Shown: positions 24,646-38,654, counted from the stretch's first letter. The stretch is 64,000 nt of DNA from Mustelus asterias (GCF_964213995.1 NC_135809.1:109058001-109122000), one strand, 5' to 3'. A program made the numbers and translations. Notes: generated from the letters alone by a model not told the origin.

Positions 24646-26551
24646 GTGGGTTCAATGAAGAAATATCAAAGATGCAAAGATTTTATTCATTCATGGTCTG
24701 AGGAACAATGTATAACGTTGAGTTCAATTTCTATTTGTATTGATGTGTTAAGACAGGTTCTGGTTACATTTGTACTTTTTTCTGAGTGTAGTCCTGCGGA
24801 GTCTGGAGGCATTCCTTGTATTTTCATGAAGATAGAGGTAGTTTAAATGATCTATATTTGTATTGTTAAGTATTAGAAGTGAGGCTTAATTTAGTCTTGC
24901 TGTGTAAGGAAGCAAGGAGCTGCAGTTAGATTCATGTCATGCAAAGTATTTTGCATCTGGGGTGCAGATAATTTCGGAAGAAAAAATAAGTGGAAACAAG
25001 AATCCCTGTTATTCAGTCCCAGCGTTCCTGGGCACACAAAGACACAGGGAATGGCAGAATTGCTGTCCTCTGTCTATATGACAGGGAGTGAAGACAGAAG
25101 CTCTGCACTCTCAGATTGTAAATTGAGCAACTTTGCTGAGGAGCAGTTTGTGGACAACTCCTGCGTTGAAGTCATAGTTGCGACAGTCCATATGGTGTAG
25201 GTGTATCCGAAGAGCCTTTGGGGATGTTGTTAGAGGTTTTCAGCCCTGTGACAATGTAGAAATGGGCGCATCTTTCCAAGACAGGTATTTGTCAAATGTA
25301 AAGGGGAGTTTGAAAGCAAATTACTGCGGGTCTGGAATCTGAACCAAAAACAGAAATGCGAGAAATCTCCGCAGGTCTGACAGCATCTGTGGAGAGAGAA
25401 CAGAGCTAATGTTTTGAGTCTCGATGATCTTTTGTCAGAGCTGAAGGCAATAGAAAGTAGGATGAGATTTAGACTGTTGTGGTGAGGGGTGTGGGGGACC
25501 CGTCGGGGCTGGATAGAGAGCCAGAGGTTGGTGAAGACGGAGAAATTGACAAAGATATTATCGACAGAAAAATGTAGGGAATGTAAATGGTGGTGATCAT
25601 TGCTAAGAAGAATGCTGAGAGCTAAGAAGGGGACGTTGGCCATGTTGGCGTTTCGGTGCCCCTGCTGCCCTTATTGTTGTGGATCTCAGTAGTTGCGATC
25701 TTGAAGCTGCCCTTGAAGAAGTTGTATACGACCAAAAAACCAAAGTATTATTCATCGATGGTATGGAATGTAGGAAGGTATTCCAGTTAGCTATCGCATA
25801 AACGTGTCAACAGGTCCTAGAATTTCTTCACGTTTGTGACCCTTAGCAAAGTAATGGGTGCAATAGATGGTGGACGCAATAAATGTGATGAAATGCATTA
25901 CGTACAATTGAAAGAGGGGGTAAGAATTGTTTCTCACTGAGGCATTGATCTGACAACTGTGGCTTCATGTATTCTTAGACACATTAGCCAAGTCATTCAG
26001 AAATGTTGTCTGCCAATCAGAAGGAAATGGGTTGATGTACTAGTCCAGGATATTGAGTAAATATCTTGACTGAAGCCCGGTACATTTCTGTGATGGAATG
26101 CTGCAGTTAGAGTCATCCTCATATTTGCATTGGACAAAGCTGCTTTTTTCAAATACAGAACCTGATTTCCATTTCCAATTAGAATGCCCTTTGATGTGTC
26201 TTGACATTGAAGTACCTTTCGTTCACAATGTTCATGATCCAGGAAAATATTTTGCTCATGAATTCCAGGGCAAATTGGATAACAAAGTTGTGGAATTTTA
26301 CAGATAATATTTGAAACAAATTGTCTGAGCTATATTGCGGGATAGCAGTTAATACTGACGATGAGGAAATAAAAAATGCATGATGCTTGGGATCCTTAAT
26401 GTAGCACTTACCTAAGGAATCGGAATATCTAACCATAGATAAAGAGGCAAATTCATGTGCAATATTTGCATTTGAGCCAATGTACTTCACTGTACTTTCT
26501 ACTCCATAACACAATGAGTTTACATTATCATGGATTTTGGTGTTCATATAG

Positions 26552-26644
26552 ACCCAAGGGGAACATCTTCAGATCAAGCAGGCGATACTGTGCATCAAGC
26601 TCCATGGGATCAGAATCAAGGAGCAAAGGATCAGGGAAATAAAG
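26552..26644 (+). CDS. Repeat exon 8 (type A)
   Basis: AG/GT flanked, 93 nt, open. Confidence 0.7.
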
Positions 26645-28543
26645 GTGGGTTCAATGAAGAAATATCAAAGATGCAAAGATTTTATTCATTCATGGTCTGA
26701 GGAACAATGTATAACGTTGAGTTCAATTTCTATTTGTATTGATGTGTTAAGACAGGTTCTGGTTACATTTGTAGTTGTTTCTGAGTGTAGTCCTGCGGAG
26801 TCTGGAGGCATTCCTTGTATTTTCATGAAGGTAGAGGTCGTTTAAATGGTCTATATTTGTATTGTTAAGTATTAGAAGTGAGGCTTAATTTAGTCTTGCT
26901 GTGTAAGGAAGCAAGGAGCTGCAGTTAGATTCATGTCATGCAAAGTATTTTGCATCTGGGGTGCAGATAATTTAGGAAGAAAAAATAAGTGGAAACAAGA
27001 ATCCCTGTTATTCAGTCCCAGCGTTCCTGGGCACACAACGACACAGGGAATGGCAGAATTGCTGTCCTCTGTCTACATGACAGGGAGTGAAGACAGAAGC
27101 TCTGCACTCTCAGATTGTAAATTGAGCAACTTTGCTGAGGAGCAGTTTGTGGACAACTCCTGCGTTGAAGTCATAGTTGCGACAGTCCATATGGTGTAGG
27201 TGTATCCGCAGAGCCTTTGGGGATGTTGTTAGAGGTTTTCAGCCCTGTGACAATGTAGAAATGGGCGCATCTTTCCAAGACAGGTATTTGTCAAATGTAA
27301 ATGGGAGTATGAAAGCAAATTACTGCGGGTCTGGAATCTGAACCAAAAACAGAAATGCGAGAAATCTCCGCAGGTCTGACAGCATCTGTGGAGAGAGAAC
27401 AGAGCTAATGTTTTGAGTCTCGATGATCTTTTTTCAGAGCTGAAGGCAATAGAAAGTAGGATGAGATTTAGACTGTTGTGGTGAGGGGGACCCGTCGGGG
27501 CTGGATAGAGAGCCAGAGGTTGGTGAAGACGGAGAAATTGACAAAGATATTATCGACAGAAAAATGTAGGGAATGTAAATGGTGGTGATCATTGCTAAGA
27601 AGAATGCTGAGAGCTAAGAAGGGGACGTTGGCCATGTTGGCATTTCGGTGCCCCTGCTGCCCTTATTGTTGTGGATCTCAGTAGTTGCGATCTTGAAGCT
27701 GCCCTTGAAGAAGTTGTATACGACCAAAAAACCAAAGTATTATTCATCGATGGTATGGAATGTAGGAAGGTATTCCAGTTAGCTATCGCATAAACGTGTC
27801 AACAGGTCCTAGAATTTCTTCACGTTTGTGACCCTTAGCAAAGTAATGGGTGCAATAGATGGTGGACGCAATAAATGTGATGAAATGCATTACGTACAAT
27901 TGAAAGAGGGGGTAAGAATTGTTTCTCACTGAGGCCTTGATCTGACAACTGTGGCTTCATGTATTCTTAGACACATTAGCCAAGTCGTTCAGAAATGTTG
28001 TCTGCCAATCAGAAGGAAATGGGTTGATGTACTAGTCCAGGATATTGAGTAAATATCTTGACTGAAGCCCGGAACATTTCTGGGATGAAATGCTGCAGTT
28101 AGAGTCATCCTCATATTTGCATTGGATAAAGCTGCTTTTTTCAAATAAAGAAACTGATTTCCATTTCCAATTAGAATGCCCTTTGATGTGTCTTGACATT
28201 GAAGTACCTTTCGTTCACAATGTTCATGATCCAGGAAAATATTTTGCTCATGAATTCCAGGGCAAATTGGATAACAAAGTTGTGGAATTTTACAGATAAT
28301 ATTTGAAACAAATTGTCTGAGCTCTATTGCGGGATAGCAGTTAATACTGACTATGAGGAAATAAAAAATGCATGATGCTTGGGATCCTTAATATAGCACT
28401 TACCTAAGGAATCGGAATATCTAACCATAGATAAAGAGGCAAATTCATGTGCAATATTTGCATTTGAGCCAATGTACTTCACTGTACTTTCTACTCCATA
28501 ACACAATGAGTTTACATTATCATGGATTTTGGTGTTCATATAG

Positions 28544-28636
28544 ACCCAAGGGGAACATCTTCAGATCAAGCAGGCGATACTGTGCATCAAGCTCCATGGG
28601 ATCAGAATCAAGGAGCAAAGGATCAGGGAAATAAAG
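28544..28636 (+). CDS. Repeat exon 9 (type A)
   Basis: AG/GT flanked, 93 nt, open. Confidence 0.7.
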
Positions 28637-30542
28637 GTGGGTTCAATGAAGAAATATCAAAGATGCAAAGATTTTATTCATTCTAGGTCTGAGGAACAAT
28701 GTATAACGTTGAGTTCAATTTCTATTTGTATTGATGTGTTAAGACAGGTTCTGGTTACATTTGTACTTTTTTCTGAGTGTAGTCCTGCGGAGTCTGGAGG
28801 CATTCCTTGTATTTTCATGAAGATAGAGGTAGTTTAAATGATCTATATTTGTATTGTTAAGTATTAGAAGTGAGGCTTAATTTAGTCTTGCTGTGTAAGG
28901 AAGCAAGGAGCTGCAGTTAGATTCATGTCATGCAAAGTATTTTGCATCTGGGGTGCAGATAATTTCGGAAGAAAAAATAAGTGGAAACAAGAATCCCTGT
29001 TATTCAGTCCCAGCGTTCCTGGGCACACAAAGACACAGGGAATGGCAGAATTGCTGTCCTCTGTCTATATGACAGGGAGTGAAGACAGAAGCTCTGCACT
29101 CTCAGATTGTAAATTGAGCAACTTTGCTGAGGAGCAGTTTGTGGACAACTCCTGCGTTGAAGTCATAGTTGCGACAGTCCATATGGTGTAGGTGTATCCG
29201 AAGAGCCTTTGGGGATGTTGTTAGAGGTTTTCAGCCCTGTGACAATGTAGAAATGGGCGCATCTTTCCAAGACAGGTATTTGTCAAATGTAAAGGGGAGT
29301 TTGAAAGCAAATTACTGCGGGTCTGGAATCTGAACCAAAAACAGAAATGCGAGAAATCTCCGCAGGTCTGACAGCATCTGTGGAGAGAGAACAGAGCTAA
29401 TGTTTTGAGTCTCGATGATCTTTTGTCAGAGCTGAAGGCAATAGAAAGTAGGATGAGATTTAGACTGTTGTGGTGAGGGGTGTGGGGGACCCGTCGGGGC
29501 TGGATAGAGAGCCAGAGGTTGGTGAAGACGGAGAAATTGACAAAGATATTATCGACAGAAAAATGTAGGGAATGTAAATGGTGGTGATCATTGCTAAGAA
29601 GAATGCTGAGAGCTAAGAAGGGTACGTTGGCCATGTTGGCGTTTCGGTGCCCCTGCTGCCCTTATTGTTGTGGATCTCAGTAGTTGCGATCTTGAAGCTG
29701 CCCTTGAAGAAGTTGTATACGACCAAAAAACCAAAGTATTATTCATCGATGGTATGGAATGTAGGAAGGTATTCCAGTTAGCTATCGCATAAACGTGTCA
29801 ACAGGTCCTAGAATTTCTTCACGTTTGTGACCCTTAGCAAAGTAATGGGTGCAATAGATGGTGGACGCAATAAATGTGATGAAATGCATTACGTACAATT
29901 GAAAGAGGGGGTAAGAATTGTTTCTCACTGAGGCATTGATCTGACAACTGTGGCTTCATGTATTCTTAGACACATTAGCCAAGTCATTCAGAAATGTTGT
30001 CTGCCAATCAGAAGGAAATGGGTTGATGTACTAGTCCAGGATATTGAGTAAATATCTTGACTGAAGCCCGGTACATTTCTGTGATGGAATGCTGCAGTTA
30101 GAGTCATCCTCATATTTGCATTGGATAAAGCTGCTTTTTTCAAATACAGAACCTGATTTCCATTTCCAATTAGAATGCCCTTTGATGTGTCTTGACATTG
30201 AAGTACCTTTCGTTCACAATGTTCATGATCCAGGAAAATATTTTGCTCATGAATTCCAGGGCAAATTGGATAACAAAGTTGTGGAATTTTACAGATAATA
30301 TTTGAAACAAATTGTCTGAGCTATATTGCGGGATAGCAGTTAATACTGACGATGAGGAAATAAAAAATGCATGATGCTTGGGATCCTTAATGTAGCACTT
30401 ACCTAAGGAATCGGAATATCTAACCATAGATAAAGAGGCAAATTCATGTGCAATATTTGCATTTGAGCCAATGTACTTCACTGTACTTTCTACTCCATAA
30501 CACAATGAGTTTACATTATCATGGATTTTGGTGTTCATATAG

Positions 30543-30635
30543 ACCCAAGGGGAACATCTTCAGATCAAGCAGGCGATACTGTGCATCAAGCTCCATGGGA
30601 TCAGAATCAAGGAGCAAAGGATCAGGGAAATAAAG
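30543..30635 (+). CDS. Repeat exon 10 (type A)
   Basis: AG/GT flanked, 93 nt, open. Confidence 0.7.
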
Positions 30636-32534
30636 GTGGGTTCAATGAAGAAATATCAAAGATGCAAAGATTTTATTCATTCATGGTCTGAGGAACAATG
30701 TATAACGTTGAGTTCAATTTCTATTTGTATTGATGTGTTAAGACAGGTTCTGGTTACATTTGTAGTTGTTTCTGAGTGTAGTCCTGCGGAGTCTGGAGGC
30801 ATTCCTTGTATTTTCATGAAGGTAGAGGTCGTTTAAATGGTCTATATTTGTATTGTTAAGTATTAGAAGTGAGGCTTAATTTAGTCTTGCTGTGTAAGGA
30901 AGCAAGGAGCTGCAGTTAGATTCATGTCATGCAAAGTATTTTGCATCTGGGGTGCAGATAATTTAGGAAGAAAAAATAAGTGGAAACAAGAATCCCTGTT
31001 ATTCAGTCCCAGCGTTCCTGGGCACACAACGACACAGGGAATGGCAGAATTGCTGTCCTCTGTCTACATGACAGGGAGTGAAGACAGAAGCTCTGCACTC
31101 TCAGATTGTAAATTGAGCAACTTTGCTGAGGAGCAGTTTGTGGACAACTCCTGCGTTGAAGTCATAGTTGCGACAGTCCATATGGTGTAGGTGTATCCGC
31201 AGAGCCTTTGGGGATGTTGTTAGAGGTTTTCAGCCCTGTGACAATGTAGAAATGGGCGCATCTTTCCAAGACAGGTATTTGTCAAATGTAAATGGGAGTA
31301 TGAAAGCAAATTACTGCGGGTCTGGAATCTGAACCAAAAACAGAAATGCGAGAAATCTCCGCAGGTCTGACAGCATCTGTGGAGAGAGAACAGAGCTAAT
31401 GTTTTGAGTCTCGATGATCTTTTTTCAGAGCTGAAGGCAATAGAAAGTAGGATGAGATTTAGACTGTTGTGGTGAGGGGGACCCGTCGGGGCTGGATAGA
31501 GAGCCAGAGGTTGGTGAAGACGGAGAAATTGACAAAGATATTATCGACAGAAAAATGTAGGGAATGTAAATGGTGGTGATCATTGCTAAGAAGAATGCTG
31601 AGAGCTAAGAAGGGGACGTTGGCCATGTTGGCATTTCGGTGCCCCTGCTGCCCTTATTGTTGTGGATCTCAGTAGTTGCGATCTTGAAGCTGCCCTTGAA
31701 GAAGTTGTATACGACCAAAAAACCAAAGTATTATTCATCGATGGTATGGAATGTAGGAAGGTATTCCAGTTAGCTATCGCATAAACGTGTCAACAGGTCC
31801 TAGAATTTCTTCACGTTTGTGACCCTTAGCAAAGTAATGGGTGCAATAGATGGTGGACGCAATAAATGTGATGAAATGCATTACGTACAATTGAAAGAGG
31901 GGGTAAGAATTGTTTCTCACTGAGGCCTTGATCTGACAACTGTGGCTTCATGTATTCTTAGACACATTAGCCAAGTCGTTCAGAAATGTTGTCTGCCAAT
32001 CAGAAGGAAATGGGTTGATGTACTAGTCCAGGATATTGAGTAAATATCTTGACTGAAGCCCGGAACATTTCTGGGATGAAATGCTGCAGTTAGAGTCATC
32101 CTCATATTTGCATTGGATAAAGCTGCTTTTTTCAAATAAAGAAACTGATTTCCATTTCCAATTAGAATGCCCTTTGATGTGTCTTGACATTGAAGTACCT
32201 TTCGTTCACAATGTTCATGATCCAGGAAAATATTTTGCTCATGAATTCCAGGGCAAATTGGATAACAAAGTTGTGGAATTTTACAGATAATATTTGAAAC
32301 AAATTGTCTGAGCTCTATTGCGGGATAGCAGTTAATACTGACTATGAGGAAATAAAAAATGCATGATGCTTGGGATCCTTAATATAGCACTTACCTAAGG
32401 AATCGGAATATCTAACCATAGATAAAGAGGCAAATTCATGTGCAATATTTGCATTTGAGCCAATGTACTTCACTGTACTTTCTACTCCATAACACAATGA
32501 GTTTACATTATCATGGATTTTGGTGTTCATATAG

Positions 32535-32627
32535 ACCCAAGGCGAACATCTTCAGATCAACCAGGCAATACTGTGCATGAAGCTCCATCGGATCAGAATC
32601 AAGGAGCAAAGGATGAGGAAAATAAAG
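32535..32627 (+). CDS. Repeat exon 11 (type B, G4R)
   Basis: AG/GT flanked, 93 nt, open. Confidence 0.7.
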
Positions 32628-34546
32628 GTGGGTTCAATGAAGAAATATCAAAGATGCAAAGATTTTATTCATTCATGGTCTGAGGAACAATGTATAACGT
32701 TGAGTTCAATTTCTATTTGTATTGATGTGTTAAGACAGGTTCTGGTTACATTTGTACTTTTTTCTGAGTATGGTCCTGCGGAGTCTGGAGGCATTCCTTG
32801 TATTTTCATGAAGATAGAGGTAGTTTAAATGATCTCTATTTGTATTGTTAAGTATTAGAAGTGAGGCTTAATTTAGTCTTGCTGTGTAAGGAAGTAAGGA
32901 GCTGCAGTTAGATTCATGTCATGCAAAGTATTTTGCATCTCGGGTGCAGATAATTTAGGAAGAAAAAATAAGTGGAAACAAGAATCCCTGTTATTCAGTC
33001 CCAGCGTTCCTGGGCACACAAAGACACAGGGAATGGCAGAATTGCTGTCCTCTGTCTATATGACAGGGAGTGAAGACAGAAGCTCTGCACTCTCAGATTG
33101 TAAATTGAGCAACTTTGCTGAGGAGCAGTTTGTGGACAACTCCTGCGTTGAAGTCATAGTTGCGACAGTCCATATGGTGTAGGTGTATCCGAAGAGCCTT
33201 TGGGGATGTTGTTAGAGGTTTTCAGCCCTGTGACAATGTAGAAATGGGCGCATCTTTCCAAGACAGGTATTTGTCAAATGTAAAGGGGAGTTTGAAAGCA
33301 AATTACTGCGGGTCTGGAATCTGAACCAAAAACAGAAATGCGAGAAATCTCCGCAGGTCTGACAGCATCTGTGGAGAGAGAACAGAGCTAATGTTTTGAG
33401 TCTCGATGATCTTTTGTCAGAGCTGAAGGCAATAGAAAGTAGGATGAGATTTAGACTGTTGTGGTGAGGGGTGTGGGGGACCCGTCGGGGCTGGATAGAG
33501 AGCCAGAGGTTGGTGAAGACGGAGAAATTGACAAAGATATTATCGACAGAAAAATGTAGGGAATGTAAATGGTGGTGATCATTGCTAAGAAGAATGCTGA
33601 GAGCTAAGAAGGGGACGTTGGCCATGTTGGCGTTTCGGTGCCCCTGCTGCCCTTATTGTTGTGGATCTCAGTAGTTGCGATCTTGAAGCTGCCCTTGAAG
33701 AAGTTGTATACGACCAAAAAACCAAAGTATTATTCATCGATGGTATGGAATGTAGGAAGGTATTCCAGTTAGCTATCGCATAAACGTGTCAACAGGTCCT
33801 AGAATTTCTTCACGTTTGTGACCCTTAGCAAAGTAATGGGTGCAATAGATGGTGGACGCAATAAATGTGATGAAATGCATTACGTACAATTGAAAGAGGG
33901 GGTAAGAATTGTTTCTCACTGAGGCATTGATCTGACAACTGTGGCTTCATGTATTCTTAGACACATTAGCTTAGTCATTCAGAAATGTTGTTTGCCAATC
34001 AGAAGGAAATGGGTTGATGTACTAGTCCAGGATATTGAGTAAATATCTTGACTGAAGCCCGGTACATTTCTGTGATGGAATGATGCAGTTAGAGTCATCC
34101 TCATATTTGCATTGGATAAAGCTGCTTTTTTCAAATACAGAACCTGATTTCCATTTCCAATTAGAATGCCCTTTGATGTGTCTTGACATTGAAGTACCTT
34201 TCGTTCACAATGTTCATGATCCAGGAAAATATTTTGCTCATGAATTCCAGGGCAAATTGGATAACAAAGTTGTGGAATTTTACAGATAATATTTGAAACA
34301 AATTGTCTGAGCTATATTGCGGGATAGCAATTAATACTGACGATGAGGAAATAAAAAATGCATGATGCTTGGGATCCTTAATGTAGCACTTACCTAAGGA
34401 ATCGGAATATCTAACCATAGATAAAGAAGCAAGGAGGTCAACTAAATTCATGTGCAATATTTGCATTTGAGCCAATGTACTTCACTGTACTTTCTACTCC
34501 ATAACACAATGAGTTTACATTATCATGGATTTTGGTGTTCATATAG

Positions 34547-34639
34547 ACCCAAGGGGAACATCTTCAGATCAAGCAGGCGATACTGTGCATCAAGCTCCAT
34601 GGGATCAGAATCAAGGAGCAAAGGATCAGGGAAATAAAG
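34547..34639 (+). CDS. Repeat exon 12 (type A)
   Basis: AG/GT flanked, 93 nt, open. Confidence 0.7.
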
Positions 34640-36558
34640 GTGGGTTCAATGAAGAAATATCAAAGATGCAAAGATTTTATTCATTCATGGTCTGAGGAAC
34701 AATGTATAACGTTGAGTTCAATTTCTATTTGTATTGATGTGTTAAGACAGGTTCTGGTTACATTTGTAGTTGTTTCTGAGTGTAGTCCTGCGGAGTCTGG
34801 AGGCATTCCTTGTATTTTCATGAAGGTAGAGGTCGTTTAAATGGTCTATATTTGTATTGTTAAGTATTAGAAGTGAGGCTTAATTTAGTCTTGCTGTGTA
34901 AGGAAGCAAGGAGCTGCAGTTAGATTCATGTCATGCAAAGTATTTTGCATCTGGGGTGCAGATAATTTAGGAAGAAAAAATAAGTGGAAACAAGAATCCC
35001 TGTTATTCAGTCCCAGCGTTCCTGGGCACACAACGACACAGGGAATGGCAGAATTGCTGTCCTCTGTCTACATGACAGGGAGTGAAGACAGAAGCTCTGC
35101 ACTCTCAGATTGTAAATTGAGCAACTTTGCTGAGGAGCAGTTTGTGGACAACTCCTGCGTTGAAGTCATAGTTGCGACAGTCCATATGGTGTAGGTGTAT
35201 CCGAAGAGCCTTTGGGGATGTTGTTAGAGGTTTTCAGCCCTGTGACAATGTAGAAATGGGCGCATCTTTCCAAGACAGGTATTTGTCAAATGTAAAGGGG
35301 AGTTTGAAAGCAAATTACTGCGGGTCTGGAATCTGAACCAAAAACAGAAATGCGAGAAATCTCCGCAGGTCTGACAGCATCTGTGGAGAGAGAACAGAGC
35401 TAATGTTTTGAGTCTCGATGATCTTTTGTCAGAGCTGAAGGCAATAGAAAGTAGGATGAGATTTAGACTGTTGTGGTGAGGGGTGTGGGGGACCCGTCGG
35501 GGCTGGATAGAGAGCCAGAGGTTGGTGAAGACGGAGAAATTGACAAAGATATTATCGACAGAAAAATGTAGGGAATGTAAATGGTGGTGATCATTGCTAA
35601 GAAGAATGCTGAGAGCTAAGAAGGGTACGTTGGCCATGTTGGCGTTTCGGTGCCCCTGCTGCCCTTATTGTTGTGGATCTCAGTAGTTGCGATCTTGAAG
35701 CTGCCCTTGAAGAAGTTGTATACGACCAAAAAACCAAAGTATTATTCATCGATGGTATGGAATGTAGGAAGGTATTCCAGTTAGCTATCGCATAAACGTG
35801 TCAACAGGTCCTAGAATTTCTTCACGTTTGTGACCCTTAGCAAAGTAATGGGTGCAATAGATGGTGGACGCAATAAATGTGATGAAATGCATTACGTACA
35901 ATTGAAAGAGGGGGTAAGAATTGTTTCTCACTGAGGCATTGATCTGACAACTGTGGCTTCATGTATTCTTAGACACATTAGCTAAGTCATTCAGAAATGT
36001 TGTCTGCCAATCAGAAGGAAATGGGTTGATGTACTAGTCCAGGATATTGAGTAAATATCTTGACTGAAGCCCGGTACATTTCTGTGATGGAATGATGCAG
36101 TTAGAGTAATCCTCATATTTGCATTGGATAAAGCTGCTTTTTTCAAATACAGAACCTGATTTCCATTTCCAATTAGAATGCCCTTTGATGTGTCTTGACA
36201 TTGAAGTACCTTTCGTTCACAATGTTCATGATCCAGGAAAATATTTTGCTCATGAATTCCAGGGCAAATTGGATAACAAAGTTGTGGAATTTTACAGATA
36301 ATATTTGAAACAAATTGTCTGAGCTATATTGCGGGATAGCAGTTAATACTGACGATGAGGAAATAAAAAATGCATGATGCTTGGGATCCTTAATGTAGCA
36401 CTTACCTAAGGAATCGGAATATCTAACCATAGATAAAGAAGCAAGGAGGTCAACTAAATTCATGTGCAATATTTGCATTTGAGCCAATGTACTTCACTGT
36501 ACTTTCTACTCCATAACACAATGAGTTTACATTATCATGGATTTTGGTGTTCATATAG

Positions 36559-36651
36559 ACCCAAGGGGAACATCTTCAGATCAAGCAGGCGATACTGTGC
36601 ATCAAGCTCCATGGGATCAGAATCAAGGAGCAAAGGATCAGGGAAATAAAG
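36559..36651 (+). CDS. Repeat exon 13 (type A)
   Basis: AG/GT flanked, 93 nt, open. Confidence 0.7.
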
Positions 36652-38561
36652 GTGGGTTCAATGAAGAAATATCAAAGATGCAAAGATTTTATTCATTCAT
36701 GGTCTGAGGAACAATGTATAACGTTGAGTTCAATTTCTATTTGTATTGATGTGTTAAGACAGGTTCTGGTTACATTTGTAGTTGTTTCTGAGTGTAGTCC
36801 TGCGGAGTCTGGAGGCATTCCTTGTATTTTCATGAAGGTAGAGGTCGTTTAAATGGTCTATATTTGTATTGTTAAGTATTAGAAGTGAGGCTTAATTTAG
36901 TCTTGCTGTGTAAGGAAGCAAGGAGCTGCAGTTAGATTCATGTCATGCAAAGTATTTTGCATCTGGGGTGCAGATAATTTAGGAAAAAAAAATAAGTGGA
37001 AACAAGAATCCCTGTTATTCAGTCCCAGCGTTCCTGGGCACACAAAGACACAGGGAATGGCAGAATTGCTGTCCTCTGTCTACATGACAGGGAGTGAAGA
37101 CAGAAGCTCTGCACTCTCAGATTGTAAATTGAGCAACTTTGCTGAGGAGCAGTTTGTGGACAACTCCTGCGTTGAAGTCATAGTTGCGACAGTCCATATG
37201 GTGTAGGTGTATCCGAAGAGCCTTTGGGGATGTTGTTAGAGGTTTTCAGCCCTGTGACAATGTAGAAATGGGTGCATCTTTCCAAGACAGGTATTTGTCA
37301 GATGTAAAGGGGAGTTTAAAAGCAAATTACTGCGGGTTCTGGAATCTGAACCAAAAACAGAAATGTTAGAAATCTCCGCAGGTCTGACAGCATCTGTGGA
37401 GAGAGAACAAAGCAATGTTTTGTGTCTCGATGATCTTTTGTCAGAGCTGAAGGCAATAGAAAGTAGGATGAGATTTAGACTGTTGTGGTGAAGGGTGTGG
37501 GGGACCCATCGGGGCTGGATAGAGAGCCAGAGGTTGGTGAAGACGGAGAAATTGACAAAGATCTTACCGACAGAAAAATGTAGGGAATGTAAATGGTGGT
37601 GATCATTGCTAAGAAGGATGCTGAGAGCTAAGAAGGGGACATTGGTCATGTTGGCGTTTCGGTGCCCCTGCTGCCCTTATTGTTCTGGATCTCAACAGTT
37701 GCGATCTTGAAGCTGCCCTTGAAGACCAAAAAACCAAAGTATTCTTCATCGATGGTGTGGAATGTAGGAATATATTCCAGTTAGCTATAGCCTAAACATG
37801 TCAACAGTTCGTCAGAATTTCTTCAAGTTTGTGATCTTTTACAAAGTAATGGGTGCACTAAATGGTGGACGCATTGAATGTGATTAAATGCATTACGTAC
37901 TATTGAAAGAGGGGGTAAGAATTGTTTCTCACTGAGGCATTGATCTGACAACTGTGGCTTCATGTATTCTTAGACACATTAGCTAAGTCATTCAGAATTC
38001 TTGTCTGCCAATCAGAGGAGAATGGGTTGATGTAGCAGTCCAGGGTATTGAGTAAATATCTTGACTGAAACCTGGTACTTTTTTTGATGGAATGATGCAG
38101 TTACACAGTCATCCTCATATTTGCATTGGATCAAGTTCCCTTTTTTAAATACAGAAACTGATTTCCATTGCCAATTAGAATGCCCGTTGATGTGTCTTGA
38201 CATTGAAGTACCTTTCTTTTGTCATTTTATGATCCAGGAAAATATTTTGCTCATGAATTCCAGGGCAATTTGTACAACAAAGTTGTGTAATTTTGCAAAT
38301 AATATTTGCAACAAATTGTCTGAGCTATATTGAGGGATAGCAGTTAATACCGACTGTGAGGAAATATAACATACGTAATGCTTGGGATCCTTTCTGCAGC
38401 ACTTACCGAAGAAATAGGAATATCTAACCATCGATAAAGAAGCAAGGAGGTCAACGAAATTCATGTGCAATATTTGCATTTTAGCCAAAAGCCTTATCAC
38501 TATTCTTTCTACTCCCTAACACAATGAGTTTACATTATCATGGATTTTGGTGTTCATGTAG

Positions 38562-38654
38562 ACCCAATGGGAACATCTTCAAATGAATGAAACAATACTT
38601 TGCATAAAGCTTCACCAGATCAGAATCAAAGACCAAAGGAACAGGAAACTAAAG
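38562..38654 (+). CDS. Repeat exon 14 with in-frame stop (DPMGTSSNE*): terminal coding exon or pseudo-exon
   Basis: AG/GT intact, 93 nt, TGA at 38588-38590. Confidence 0.5.
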
